Below, piece by piece: positions 38,623 to 48,159 of a stretch of DNA of 64,000 bases. This DNA comes from Bacteroidales bacterium (GTDB taxonomy: Bacteria > Bacteroidota > Bacteroidia > Bacteroidales > Prolixibacteraceae): positions 13,419 through 77,418 of the forward strand of contig JBKECH010000002.1 in assembly GCA_047974415.1 (NCBI GenBank), in the 5' to 3' direction. The notes beneath the pieces were generated by a model. The model had not been told where the DNA came from. It saw only the letters and a list, made by a program, of their open reading frames with translations, and ran no database searches. The first letter of the stretch is position 1. Each line of letters starts with the position of its first letter. Position numbers and translations under genes: made by a program.

Positions 38623-38860
38623 CATCTGGAGCTTTCCGAATGCTCGAATGCCCTCAGAATACATACTCTTTAACTTTTCGAGCTTTCGAACGGTAAACAA
38701 TTTAACATCTGGAGCTTTCCGAATGCTCGAATGCCCTCAGAATACATACTCTTTAACTTTTCGAGCTTTCGAACGGCAAACAATTTAACATCTGGAGCTT
38801 TCCGAATGCTCGAATGCTCCCAGAATACATGTTCTTTAACTTTTCGAGCTTTCGAATGCT
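38623..38860. repeat. Tandem array 2: 83-bp unit x~2.9
   Basis: CATCTGGAGCTTTCCGAATGCTCGAATGCCCTCAGAATACATACTCTTTAACTTTTCGAGCTTTCGAACGGTAAACAATTTAA starts at 38623, 38706 and 38789. Degenerate related sequence extends upstream from ~38540. Confidence 0.93.
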
Positions 38861-38963
38861 CTCAAACTATATATTCTTTATTCTTCTGTGCAAAATAATG
38901 ATTTAAAAATGTGCTGTATAGATCTTTCCGAGAACAATTGTCATATTAGTATTTATAATTTGG

Positions 38964-39001
38964 ATACAAAAAAAGAGAGATGCGTTTTTGTATCTCTCTT
39001 T
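38964..39001 (-). terminator. Terminator downstream of tRNA-fMet
   Basis: On the minus strand: AAAGAGAGAT-N10-ATCTCTCTTT followed by a T-run. Confidence 0.65.
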
Positions 39002-39007
39002 TGGTAG

Positions 39008-39080
<73 letters not shown>

Positions 39081-39105
39081 ATATTATGGCACAAAGGTAG
39101 TGCTT

Positions 39106-39969
39106 TTATTTATTCAATCCAAATTTATATGACAACATTTTGTAAAATAATTTGACAACTAAGAATGTAGATGCATGGTTTTGTTCTATTGGGGCTAGCT
39201 CAACTAGGTCGAAACCAACAACATTGCGTTGTTCAAAGACTTTGCGTAAGAAGGATAGACACTGGTACCATTGTAGGCCTCCTGGTTCGGGCGTGCCAGT
39301 GTTTGGCATGATGGAGGGGTCTAGTGCGTCTAAATCTAAAGAGATGTAGACATTGTCTCCTAGCTTGGCTATTGCTTTGTCCATCCATTGGTTGTCACTG
39401 TAAATGTTGTGAGCAAAGAAGGTTTTAGATTTGTTTGTGTATTCCAGTTCCGAGATGTCCATGCTTCGTATGCCTACTTGCACAAGGTTGTTGCGTTGTG
39501 AGGTTTCGTGCATTGCGCATGCATGGTTGAACGGAGTGCCTTGATATTCTTTTCTTAGGTCGGCATGGGCGTCTAGGTGCAATACCGATAGATTGTTATA
39601 TTCCTCGGAGAATGCTCTTAGAATACCGATGCTTACGGAGTGTTCGCCTCCCAAAAAAGTAAGGAACTTGTTTGTTTTTAGGAGTTCTTTGGTTTTTGTA
39701 TAGACCTCGTCGACCATTTGCGAGGGGCTGTGGCACTTTCCTATTTCGGGTAGTACGGCAATGCCATGTTTGTAGACTTCGCAGTTGGTCTCTATGTCAT
39801 AGTACTCGATTTGTGGGGAGGCTTTCATAAACTCCTCGAAAGCTCTGTCTGCTCCTTTTATGTAGGTGCTAGTGCCGTCGTAGGGGATGGCTTGCAAGAG
39901 GATGTTTGCTGTGCTGGCATCGGCATATTCTGTGGGGATGTCGGCAAAGGTCTTCGGAGTGTCATTCAT
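39106..39969 (-). CDS. speB: Agmatinase (arginase/ureohydrolase family)
   Basis: LGGEHSVS, LHLDAHADL and SLDLDALDP Mn-site motifs. The ATG overlaps the upstream gene's stop (ATGAATGA). Confidence 0.88.
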   Translation of the reverse strand: MNDTPKTFADIPTEYADASTANILLQAIPYDGTSTYIKGADRAFEEFMKASPQIEYYDIETNCEVYKHGIAVLPEIGKCHSPSQMVDEVYTKTKELLKTNKFLTFLGGEHSVSIGILRAFSEEYNNLSVLHLDAHADLRKEYQGTPFNHACAMHETSQRNNLVQVGIRSMDISELEYTNKSKTFFAHNIYSDNQWMDKAIAKLGDNVYISLDLDALDPSIMPNTGTPEPGGLQWYQCLSFLRKVFEQRNVVGFDLVELAPIEQNHASTFLVVKLFYKMLSYKFGLNK

Positions 39970-41365
39970 AGCCAAGTATCCTCATCATGTCTTCGGCTGT
40001 TTGTTCATTGCGATATACGTAGTCTATAAAATTGCCAGTGTCATCGCGGTCTATAATAACATGCTTGGGCGAAGGGATGAGGCAGTGCTTTATGCCTCCA
40101 TAGCCACTGATGGAGTCTTGATATGCGCCAGTGTGGAAAAATCCGATGTACAGGGGTTCGCTGTCCTCGTCTTTTGTAACTGGTAGCAAGACTTGCTGGT
40201 TCATATCTTCGGAGTTGTAATAGTCGGAGTGGTCGCAACTGATGCCTCCTATGTTGGCTCGTTCGTAGGGTCTGTCCCATTTGTTTACGGGGAGTAAGAT
40301 GAACTTCTCGAATATGGACCAAGCATCGGGAATGGTGTTCATTAGGCTGTTGTCAACAAAATACCATTTTTCGGCGTCGTTTTGTTGTTTTTTCTCAATG
40401 ACAGAAAAAATAATAGCGCTGCTTTCGCCAACGGTAAATTTACCGAACTCGGTGTAAATGTCTGGTTCGTCTACACCTTCGCGCCTACAAACCTCCTGTA
40501 TGTTCTTAACTATTTCTTGTATCATGTACTCGTAGTCATATTCAAAACCTAGGTGGTTTCTTATGGGGAAGCCTCCTCCTAGGTTGATAGAATCTAGTGT
40601 TGGGCACAGTTTCTTAAGCTCGATAAATGTGCTTAGGGTCTTTTGAAATTCCCCCCAATAGTACAACGAATCTTTGATGCCAGAATCTACAAAGAAGTGA
40701 AGCATCTTAAGCTCAAATTTTTTGTTGTTGGCAATTTTTTCGTTGTAGAAGTTCATTATTTCTGATTGACGAATGCCCAAACGGGAGGTGTAGTAGTTTG
40801 ACTGAGATTCTTCATCTATGGCACGACGGATGCCGATTTTTATTTTTTTATTTCCAGATATAGCCTCTATTCTGTCAAGTTCTTTTGTACTATCTAGAAC
40901 AATAACCGAATTTTTAAAGCCTGCCTCGTGCATCTGCATTAATTTTTCTAGGTAGTCGTCAGTTTTGTAGCCATTGTGTATAATATGGCGCGATTTGCTA
41001 AATTCTCCTTTTTTTTGCAGTCGCATTACTAGGTCGATGTCGAACGCCGAGGAGGTTTCTAGGTTTACATTGTGTTTCAAGGCTGCGCTCATCACGTGGT
41101 TGAAGTGGCAGCACTTTGTGCAGTAACAATAATGATATTTTCCTTCGTAGCCAGTGCGCTTTATAGCGCGGTTGAATAGATTGCGCGCTTTTTTGATTTG
41201 GTCGCCGATGCGAGGTAAATATACTAGTTTGAAGGGGGTTCCGTATTTTTTTATCAAATACATTAATGAAACTCCGTGAAATGTTAGATTTCCGTCTCGT
41301 AAATCAAAACCGTCTTGAGGAAAGTAATAACTTTGCTCAACCAAATCGAAATATGTGTTCTTCAT
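39962..41365 (-). CDS. speA: PLP-dependent (fold type III) arginine decarboxylase-like enzyme
   Basis: 467 aa; GTPFKLVYLPRIGDQIK, YCTKCCHFNHV, INLGGGFPI, GGISCDHSDYY. Translationally coupled to agmatinase. Confidence 0.72.
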   Translation of the reverse strand: MKNTYFDLVEQSYYFPQDGFDLRDGNLTFHGVSLMYLIKKYGTPFKLVYLPRIGDQIKKARNLFNRAIKRTGYEGKYHYCYCTKCCHFNHVMSAALKHNVNLETSSAFDIDLVMRLQKKGEFSKSRHIIHNGYKTDDYLEKLMQMHEAGFKNSVIVLDSTKELDRIEAISGNKKIKIGIRRAIDEESQSNYYTSRLGIRQSEIMNFYNEKIANNKKFELKMLHFFVDSGIKDSLYYWGEFQKTLSTFIELKKLCPTLDSINLGGGFPIRNHLGFEYDYEYMIQEIVKNIQEVCRREGVDEPDIYTEFGKFTVGESSAIIFSVIEKKQQNDAEKWYFVDNSLMNTIPDAWSIFEKFILLPVNKWDRPYERANIGGISCDHSDYYNSEDMNQQVLLPVTKDEDSEPLYIGFFHTGAYQDSISGYGGIKHCLIPSPKHVIIDRDDTGNFIDYVYRNEQTAEDMMRILGYE

Positions 41366-41456
41366 TTTAGCTCTTAGCTGCTAGCTTTTTACTAGCCTTT
41401 AATCTGTATAAAATCCGAGAATATATTTTAGAAATCAATCATGCTGTAAGTGCTTT

Positions 41457-41492
41457 CTAGTTTAGACTCTCAACATTATGGACAGGTACTGC
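41457..41492 (-). mobile_element. Family 1 solo left-end fragment (reverse)
   Basis: CTAGTTTAGACTCTCAACATTATGGACAGGTACTG compared with TAGTTCAGACTCCTAACATTATGGGCAGGCGCTA at 61307-61340. Confidence 0.55.
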
Positions 41493-41778
41493 TTAATTGT
41501 TATCTTGAGAAGTTCCTACATATAAATTCGGATAAACTTAATAATTATTCTTGTAAAATTTCCTTGTGCCTAATATTTCAATACTAAATTGAAAGACGGT
41601 GTCTGTACGTTTCCTAATCTCGCTTTTAGTATATTCTTCAAAACAAGCACGCAAAGGTATATAAAAATAATTCAAATAGGTGTATGTCCTAGAGACGAAA
41701 ATCGGGAGAGAAGGAAATTTTAAACCTGAATCAGTGCATCTCAATGATGTTGTTGAGCCTATGCATCATGCAAGGGAG

Positions 41779-42456
41779 CTAAGAAATACTATTGATTAGA
41801 GCTTCGGCAATTTTAAGGTCGGAAGGATAGGTGATTTTGATGTTCTCGACATTTCCTTCTACGCATTCAATTTTTATTCCAGAGTTTTCTGCTACAGACG
41901 CATCGTCAGTGAAGCAGTCTTTGTATTCTTTTTTGTAGCATTCTTTTATCAGTGATGTTTTAAAGGTTTGTGGGGTTTGTACTGATAAGAATTTTGAGCG
42001 GTCGACGCTCTTGGTGCTGTTGTCATCATTGATGCGTCTTAGGGATTCACTTGCTTGTCGAGTTGGTACAGTAGCGCTATGTTTTTTAGCGCTTTCTAGG
42101 CAGCGTTTCAAGGTGGCAAGGTCAACCATTGGCCTCACGCCGTCGTGTATCATAACGATGCCAGTATCGTTTGTTATTTCAGACAAGCCGTTTCTAACGG
42201 AATGATACCGAGTTTTGCCCCCTGTAGTAATTGTGTGGACAATCTCGAAGTGTTCGCGTACAATGTATTGAGTCCATGTGTCGATTTGTTCTTTGGGAAG
42301 TACTACGATGATGTTTGCTTCGTTGCAAAACGAATAAAAGCGTCTGATGGTATGCGCCAGTATAGGTTCGCCTTTTAACAGGAGGAATTGTTTTGGCACT
42401 TCCGTTTGCATTCTAGACCCATTGCCTCCTGCAACAATAACTACACTTAAGTTCAT
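41779..42456 (-). CDS. ispD: 2-C-methyl-D-erythritol 4-phosphate cytidylyltransferase
   Basis: VIVAGGNGSRM...PKQFL N-terminal motif, 225 aa. ATGA overlap with the mutL stop. Confidence 0.88.
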   Translation of the reverse strand: MNLSVVIVAGGNGSRMQTEVPKQFLLLKGEPILAHTIRRFYSFCNEANIIVVLPKEQIDTWTQYIVREHFEIVHTITTGGKTRYHSVRNGLSEITNDTGIVMIHDGVRPMVDLATLKRCLESAKKHSATVPTRQASESLRRINDDNSTKSVDRSKFLSVQTPQTFKTSLIKECYKKEYKDCFTDDASVAENSGIKIECVEGNVENIKITYPSDLKIAEALINSIS

Positions 42457-44339
42457 AGCATAGATTTAAGTTGTTCCATTGTTATTATTGTAAATATTTT
42501 TTTTCCTCTAGGAGAGTAGTTTACTGATGTGCATGCAAAGAGGTCGCTTATCAAAGTTTCAATCTCTATTGCTGATAACGATTTCCCGTGTGGTATTGAG
42601 GTTATGTCAGCAATGTGGGTTGCTATGGTGTTAGTAGCAATATCTGCTACTGTTGTGTTTTCTTCGGTGAGCTGGTCCAGCAATGATATTATTAGTTCTT
42701 GATGATTCATGTCCCGAATGATCTGGGGCATCGAATTTATTTCAAATGTAGTGTCGTTTTTTTGTTGGAGCTCTATGCCCAGTTTTTCCAGTTCAGGCAT
42801 AGTTTGCTGGAGTAGAACGGCCTTGTCGGCACTTAGTTCAATGCTTTCTCCAAACAGAAAACCTTGACCTGCCAAAGTCTTGCTTTTGGAGGTGGCAAAG
42901 AAATTCTCGTATAGAATGCGTTCGTGAGCAAGTTTTTGGTCGATTATCATCAGTCCAGATTCTACAGGTGTCACTATGTATTTGTATTTTAGTTGTATTG
43001 ATTTGCCGTGTGCTGTTTTCTTTGCACCCTCAAAATCTAAAGAGCTTTGGTATATTTCGGTTTTGTCTTGTTCTGTTTTATCTATGTTATTAAGTCCCGA
43101 ATACGCAGTTTGCCAATGGGATGAATTGTCTTCGTCGAGATAGGATTTTGATTGATTGGCAGCAAAGCGTCCTGACGAGAAAGCCCCCGTATTCTTAGGG
43201 CTTGTCTTTGTTGGTAGTATCGACTCAAAAGGATTGTAGTTCTCGTCGATAGTGATTTCTGGGGATGGAATGATGCTGTCTTCGTTGAGGTTTGCTACTG
43301 ACGGCATGTCTACTCTACCCTCTGTATCAAAGTCTATTGATGGGGCAATGTTGTTTTTTCCAAGCGCTTCCCTTGCAGCAGCTAAACAAAATGTTTTGAT
43401 AAGGCTTTCATTCTCAAACTTTATCTCTGTTTTTTGTGGATGTATATTTATATCTATTGTTGATGGGTCTACATCAATAAACAAGAAGTAGCTAGGGTTT
43501 AGCTTTGATGATAATATCTGCTCGTAGGCAATCATAAGCATTTTATGTATGCCTAAATGTCTTACGTACCTATTATTGACAAACATATATTGGTCGCCAT
43601 ATGTTTTCTTTGCATATTGCGGTAGTCCTATGTATCCATCTATTTTTACAGATTCTGTCTCACTGTTTATCTTAACTAGATTTTGTTGCATGTTCTTCCC
43701 AAAAATGTCTACGATGCGTTTTTTTCTATTTGATGGAGGGAGGGAATAAATAATTGATTTGTTGTGAATGAGCTTAAAGGAGATGTTATTATTTGCGATG
43801 GCAGTTCGCTGCACTTCGTTTATGATGTGTTTTAGCTCGGTGGCATCTTTTTTTAGAAATTTTCTGCGAGCTGGGATATTGAAAAATAAATTTTTCACTG
43901 CGATGCAGGTCCCTAATATTCCGCTTATGGGCTCTTCCTGTTCGCATTTGCTTGATTTTATTATGAGTCGGGTTCCAATATCATCGTCTTCTTGTTTTGT
44001 TTTTAACTCCACTTCCGCCACCGCGGCTATCGATGCTAGAGCCTCGCCACGAAATCCGTTTGTTGATATGGCAAAGAGGTCATTAGCACTGCGAATTTTG
44101 GATGTAGCATGGCGCTCAAATGCCATGCGAGCATCCATCGGCGACATGCCTTTCCCATTGTCGGTAATCTGAATAAGAGTCCTACCTGCGTCTTTTATTA
44201 GAATGTCGATGCTACTTGCTCCTGCATCAACGGCATTATCAACAAGCTCTTTCACTACCGAGGCTGGACGCTGGATGACTTCGCCTGCGGCAATTTGATT
44301 GGCTACCGAATCTGGTAACAGTTTAATTATATCTGACAC
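42453..44339 (-). CDS. mutL: DNA mismatch repair protein MutL (GTG start)
   Basis: IAAGEVIQRPASVVKELVDNAVDAGAS, DNGKGM and GFRGEALASI GHKL ATPase motifs. Confidence 0.92.
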   Translation of the reverse strand: MSDIIKLLPDSVANQIAAGEVIQRPASVVKELVDNAVDAGASSIDILIKDAGRTLIQITDNGKGMSPMDARMAFERHATSKIRSANDLFAISTNGFRGEALASIAAVAEVELKTKQEDDDIGTRLIIKSSKCEQEEPISGILGTCIAVKNLFFNIPARRKFLKKDATELKHIINEVQRTAIANNNISFKLIHNKSIIYSLPPSNRKKRIVDIFGKNMQQNLVKINSETESVKIDGYIGLPQYAKKTYGDQYMFVNNRYVRHLGIHKMLMIAYEQILSSKLNPSYFLFIDVDPSTIDINIHPQKTEIKFENESLIKTFCLAAAREALGKNNIAPSIDFDTEGRVDMPSVANLNEDSIIPSPEITIDENYNPFESILPTKTSPKNTGAFSSGRFAANQSKSYLDEDNSSHWQTAYSGLNNIDKTEQDKTEIYQSSLDFEGAKKTAHGKSIQLKYKYIVTPVESGLMIIDQKLAHERILYENFFATSKSKTLAGQGFLFGESIELSADKAVLLQQTMPELEKLGIELQQKNDTTFEINSMPQIIRDMNHQELIISLLDQLTEENTTVADIATNTIATHIADITSIPHGKSLSAIEIETLISDLFACTSVNYSPRGKKIFTIITMEQLKSML

Positions 44340-44357
44340 TAGTGCTTGTTTTTTTAA

Positions 44358-44702
44358 TTAGCCTGCAATCATTTTCCATAGAACACTCATGTTTGTCATA
44401 AATGTATCAATATTCATCAAGAACCAAATTATGGCAACAAGTAGTACGAATAGGGTTAGTAGTCTGATATTCTGAGAACGTTTCATAGATGTTGATATCT
44501 TGCCACCATCCCTAGCAGCTTCCCTGAAAGATCCCTTTATGCGTGCTCTGATAGCTTCTGGATTGTAAGAAGTATCTTCTCCTTCCGCTTGAATATTGTT
44601 TCTTATTAGGGCGTTCTTTGCCCTTTCTTTGTCTTCGTCATAGAACCTGTGTCCTATATTAAACCTCTTTGGGCGTGGTATGTGTAAGAATTTTAATCTC
44701 AT
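44358..44702 (-). CDS. Small hypothetical membrane protein (one C-terminal TM helix)
   Basis: 114-aa ORF 18 nt upstream of mutL on the same strand. TM segment LLTLFVLLVAIIWFLM. No recognisable family. Confidence 0.5.
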   Translation of the reverse strand: MRLKFLHIPRPKRFNIGHRFYDEDKERAKNALIRNNIQAEGEDTSYNPEAIRARIKGSFREAARDGGKISTSMKRSQNIRLLTLFVLLVAIIWFLMNIDTFMTNMSVLWKMIAG

Positions 44703-44844
44703 TGATATGGTCTTTCATTTTCTACAAAAGTATAAAATCCAATGCAGAATACTACAATGTGTATTTAAAATAAGCATTTTGCAATAAATAACTAGCTTTG
44801 CATTTAATTGGAGTTAGTTCAGGGAATTCATTGTCTGTGTTATG

Positions 44845-44908
44845 CTTTCGATAAAAGTATTGTCTCTTCGGATCTTGATTGTCTACTATCAGGCTCCTAA
44901 CATTAAAA
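44845..44908 (-). mobile_element. Possible degenerate, internally deleted family 1 remnant
   Basis: GTGTTATGCTTTCG and GGATCTTGATTGTCTACTATCAGGCTCCTAACATTA resemble CGTTATGCTCACTTTGCG and CCTTGAT...TAGTTCAGACTCCTAACATTATGG. The match is weak. Confidence 0.3.
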
Positions 44909-44917
44909 AAATAATCT

Positions 44918-46741
44918 ATGCAAAGTAGTAGAAAAATTGAGTTATTGGCTCCTGCTAAGAATATGAAGTGCGGAATAGAGGCCGTGAAACATGGTGCTGA
45001 TGCGGTGTATGTTGGAGGTCCAAGATTTGGAGCTAGAGCTGTGGCTGGAAATTCCATTGACGACATTGCTAGGCTGGTAGACTTTGCTCATCTTTATGGT
45101 GCAAAGGTTTATGTGGCGCTGAACACTATTCTTTTTGAAAACGAACTCAAAGAGGCAGAGCGGCAAATACATGCCCTGCATAATATCGCCTGTGACGCCA
45201 TTATTGTTCAAGATATGGGGATAACGCGTTTAGATTTGCCACCGATAGCCCTGCATGCTAGCACACAGTGTGATATCCGTACGCCCGATAAGGCTAGGTT
45301 CTTTGAAAACCTAGGATTTAAGCAGGTGGTTTTGGCTCGAGAACTAAGTCTGTTGCAGGTTGAAAGTATTACGAATGAAATAAACATCCCTATTGAAGTG
45401 TTTGTGCACGGAGCATTGTGTGTTAGTTATAGTGGTAATTGCTATATCAGCCAAGAGCTTGCTGGACGTAGTGCCAATCGTGGTAACTGTGCGCAATTCT
45501 GCCGCTTGCCTTATACACTTATTGATAAACAAGGTAGTATCATTGAAAGAGACAAACACTTGTTGTCAATGAGAGATTTAAATCAGACGTCGAACCTTGA
45601 AAAGCTGATTGATATTGGTGTTAGTTCGTTTAAGATAGAAGGGCGATTAAAGGACGTTTCCTATGTTAAAAACATTGTTGCCCATTACAATCAGAAACTG
45701 AACGAGATTCTGCAAAACAGATCCAATTTGTTACGTTCATCATCAGGATCGTGTGACTACTCGTTTATCCCCAGCCCTGAAAGCAGTTTTAATCGTGGTT
45801 TTACGAACTATCTCTTGAAGTCTAAGCAATCAGCAAGACTAATAAACCCGAACTCTCCAAAATCGATAGGGGAAAGGTTAGGGAGAATCTCTCGTGTAGA
45901 AAAAGGTTTTGTAGAAATAGATACTGAGAAGAAATTAAATAATGGCGACGGACTGTGTTTTGTAGGAACTTCTGGAGCTTTCCAGGGCACAAGGGTCGAT
46001 AAAGTCGAAGGAAAACATGTTTTCGTGAAAAATGTAGTAGGGATGACACAAGGGCTTGTGGTTTACCGCAATTATAATCACAGGCTTGAGCAAGTCCTCA
46101 GTAAAGAAAGCTCAATTAGGACAATCAGAGCTAAGATTCTTATTTCAGAAAGTAAAACTGGATTTGTATTGAAAATGCTTGACGAGGATGGGGCAGAGAG
46201 CGTGATGAATGTAGAACTTGAAAAAGAAAAAGCTAGAACTACTCAGCTAGAACAGATAGAACGGAACTTGAAGAGAACAGGTGGTTCGATATATGTGATT
46301 GACAATGTCAGTGTTGAGTATGCGGAGAATTGGTTCATACCATCTTCCTTATTGTCAGATTGGCGCAGAAAACTGATAGAGCAACATAATGACACGAGAG
46401 TAGAACGATTCAAACCTGTGGGATGTAAGCTGGATTTTAGTAAAGTGTCTATATACGAGTCTTATCAGGACTACCGGCTGAATATCAGCAATTCTAAAAG
46501 CGAAGAGTTTTATACAAAGATAGGCTTCGAAACAAAACAAAAGGCTTGCGAAACAAGCAAAAATCGAGATGTCTCGCTGATGTTTACTGAGTATTGTATT
46601 AAGGACTACCTGGGATATTGTCCAAAGAAAACCAAGAAAAAGAGCGCTTTTAAAGAACCTTACTGTTTGAAGTGTAATGAGGTAACTTTGCGTTTGGAGT
46701 TCGATTGTAAGGTTTGCGAAATGAGAGTGTATAATAACTAG
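44918..46741 (+). CDS. Peptidase U32 family protein (collagenase-like / RlhA-TrhP-type), with C-terminal Cys cluster
   Basis: ELLAPAKNMKCGIEAVKHGADAVYVGGPRFGAR, EVFVHGALCVSYSGNCYIS, SFKIEGRLKD. The stop codon TAG (46739-46741) is the first 3 nt of a family 1 element. Confidence 0.85.
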   Translation: MQSSRKIELLAPAKNMKCGIEAVKHGADAVYVGGPRFGARAVAGNSIDDIARLVDFAHLYGAKVYVALNTILFENELKEAERQIHALHNIACDAIIVQDMGITRLDLPPIALHASTQCDIRTPDKARFFENLGFKQVVLARELSLLQVESITNEINIPIEVFVHGALCVSYSGNCYISQELAGRSANRGNCAQFCRLPYTLIDKQGSIIERDKHLLSMRDLNQTSNLEKLIDIGVSSFKIEGRLKDVSYVKNIVAHYNQKLNEILQNRSNLLRSSSGSCDYSFIPSPESSFNRGFTNYLLKSKQSARLINPNSPKSIGERLGRISRVEKGFVEIDTEKKLNNGDGLCFVGTSGAFQGTRVDKVEGKHVFVKNVVGMTQGLVVYRNYNHRLEQVLSKESSIRTIRAKILISESKTGFVLKMLDEDGAESVMNVELEKEKARTTQLEQIERNLKRTGGSIYVIDNVSVEYAENWFIPSSLLSDWRRKLIEQHNDTRVERFKPVGCKLDFSKVSIYESYQDYRLNISNSKSEEFYTKIGFETKQKACETSKNRDVSLMFTEYCIKDYLGYCPKKTKKKSAFKEPYCLKCNEVTLRLEFDCKVCEMRVYNN

Positions 46742-46815
46742 AGTCCGTCTATAAAGTCCAATATCTGCGTCATATTCACTTTGCGAAACTTTGTGATGAC
46801 TTATCCACTTTCGGC
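46739..46815 (-). mobile_element. MITE-like repeat family 1, truncated copy 4 (reverse, right-end half)
   Basis: TAGAGTCCGTCTATAAAGTCCAATATCTGCGTCATATTCACTTTGCGAA..., then diverges. Confidence 0.75.
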
Positions 46816-46901
46816 ATAAACAACGTCTTGGGATTCATGACACACTTTCAGAGGTAATTCTTTTTTTGTAAGTTTGCCCATCAGTAATAGATATACTATT
46901 T

Positions 46902-47981
46902 ATGATAAAAGCCATTAGGTGGACATTTAGATATTTGCTTCTTATAATGAACGTGCTGTTTGCTATATTCATTATAATTAGCTACGTGTCGACGGAGGTG
47001 AGTGCTCTCAAATCTCCAATACTACCGTTTTTTGGTCTTTTTTATGTCCCAATACTTATTATAAATATCACCTTTATATTTTATTGGCTAATTTTTAGCA
47101 GGAGCAAGAAGTTTGCCATGGTTTCGCTTGTGTCGATTTTGCTTGGAGTATCTACGTTTCTATCAGTATTTCGATTAAACGGACTTGTAGAGTCGCCTAA
47201 GTTAGACTTGAGTATACTTACTTATAATACTCGTATGTTTCAGAACGAATACAGAAAATCTATAGATGTAGAGGGTGTTATATCAGAATTTGCTAATAAA
47301 AAAGCGGATATATACTGCTTTCAAGAAGCCGTTTTTACAAATGATTTTACAATCAAAGATGTACTGTCAGTTTTTAATAATACGAAAAGCGAGAAGTATA
47401 ATTATTACGCCGATAATCAGCGATACATTATAAGCTCCTTTCCTATAGTTGGCAAAGGGGTTCAGCACTTTAACAGCACTCCTAACGGCTATTTATGGGT
47501 AGATTTAAAAATAAATGACGATACTGTAAGGGTGATAAACTGTCATTTGCAGTCGAATAGTCTTCTTTTAGAGCAGTATAACAATGCGCTATCTGAATAT
47601 GCATTGGATAGCGACGAAGTAAAAAAGCAGGCTCTCGACTTGGGGCATCGTCTTAGTACGGGCTTCCGCAAGCGAGTAGAGCAGGTCAATAGTCTGCTGT
47701 CACATATCAAAACTTGTCCCTATATAGTATTGGTGTGTGGCGATTTCAACGAACCTCCCGTGTCGTATATGCATGAATCCATGACCGAGCTCATCTCCGA
47801 CTCCTTCGAAGAGCGTGGTCGAGGTATTGGTAGCACCTATCGTGGCAAGCTCCCCTTTCTGCGCATCGATTATGTCTTTTACAATAAAGAGATGTTTACT
47901 CCTTGCGTTTACCAAAACCTTGAAATTGGAGATTCAGACCATTATCCATTGTATGTGGGCCTTGAGTTGACGAAGCAGTAA
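46902..47981 (+). CDS. Endonuclease/exonuclease/phosphatase (EEP) family protein with N-terminal multi-TM anchor
   Basis: Three or four N-terminal TM helices, then EEP blocks (LTYNTRMF, IYCFQEA, CHLQSN, GDFNE, SDHYPL). Confidence 0.8.
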   Translation: MIKAIRWTFRYLLLIMNVLFAIFIIISYVSTEVSALKSPILPFFGLFYVPILIINITFIFYWLIFSRSKKFAMVSLVSILLGVSTFLSVFRLNGLVESPKLDLSILTYNTRMFQNEYRKSIDVEGVISEFANKKADIYCFQEAVFTNDFTIKDVLSVFNNTKSEKYNYYADNQRYIISSFPIVGKGVQHFNSTPNGYLWVDLKINDDTVRVINCHLQSNSLLLEQYNNALSEYALDSDEVKKQALDLGHRLSTGFRKRVEQVNSLLSHIKTCPYIVLVCGDFNEPPVSYMHESMTELISDSFEERGRGIGSTYRGKLPFLRIDYVFYNKEMFTPCVYQNLEIGDSDHYPLYVGLELTKQ

Positions 47982-47982
47982 T

Positions 47983-48155
47983 TAGTGTCTGCCTATAAAG
48001 TCAAAGTATCTACGTTATGCTCACTCTGCAAATTAGTCATTTACACAAGTAGAGACGCCCAAACTGGACGTCTCTACTCCTAATTCACAAAGTTTCGCTG
48101 AGCCTTGATCTTGAATTTTCTAGTTCAGACTCTTGATATTATGGATAGACCCTAG
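47983..48155 (-). mobile_element. MITE-like repeat family 1, copy 5 (long form with hairpin, reverse)
   Basis: TAGTGTCTGCCTATAAAGTCAAAGTATCTACGTTATGCTCAC...AGTAGAGACGCCCAAACTGGACGTCTCTACT...TAGTTCAGACTCTTGATATTATGGATAGACCCTA. Confidence 0.88.
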
Positions 48156-48159
48156 TTAA

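Noticed and set aside
44752-45066. 104-aa ORF spanning the mutL-side spacer and the start of the U32 gene on the opposite strand
   Set aside because: It overlaps the well-supported U32 peptidase start region antisense and has no recognisable features.
48048-48078. MITE internal hairpins as rho-independent terminators
   Set aside because: No T-run follows the stem in either orientation in any of the three long copies.
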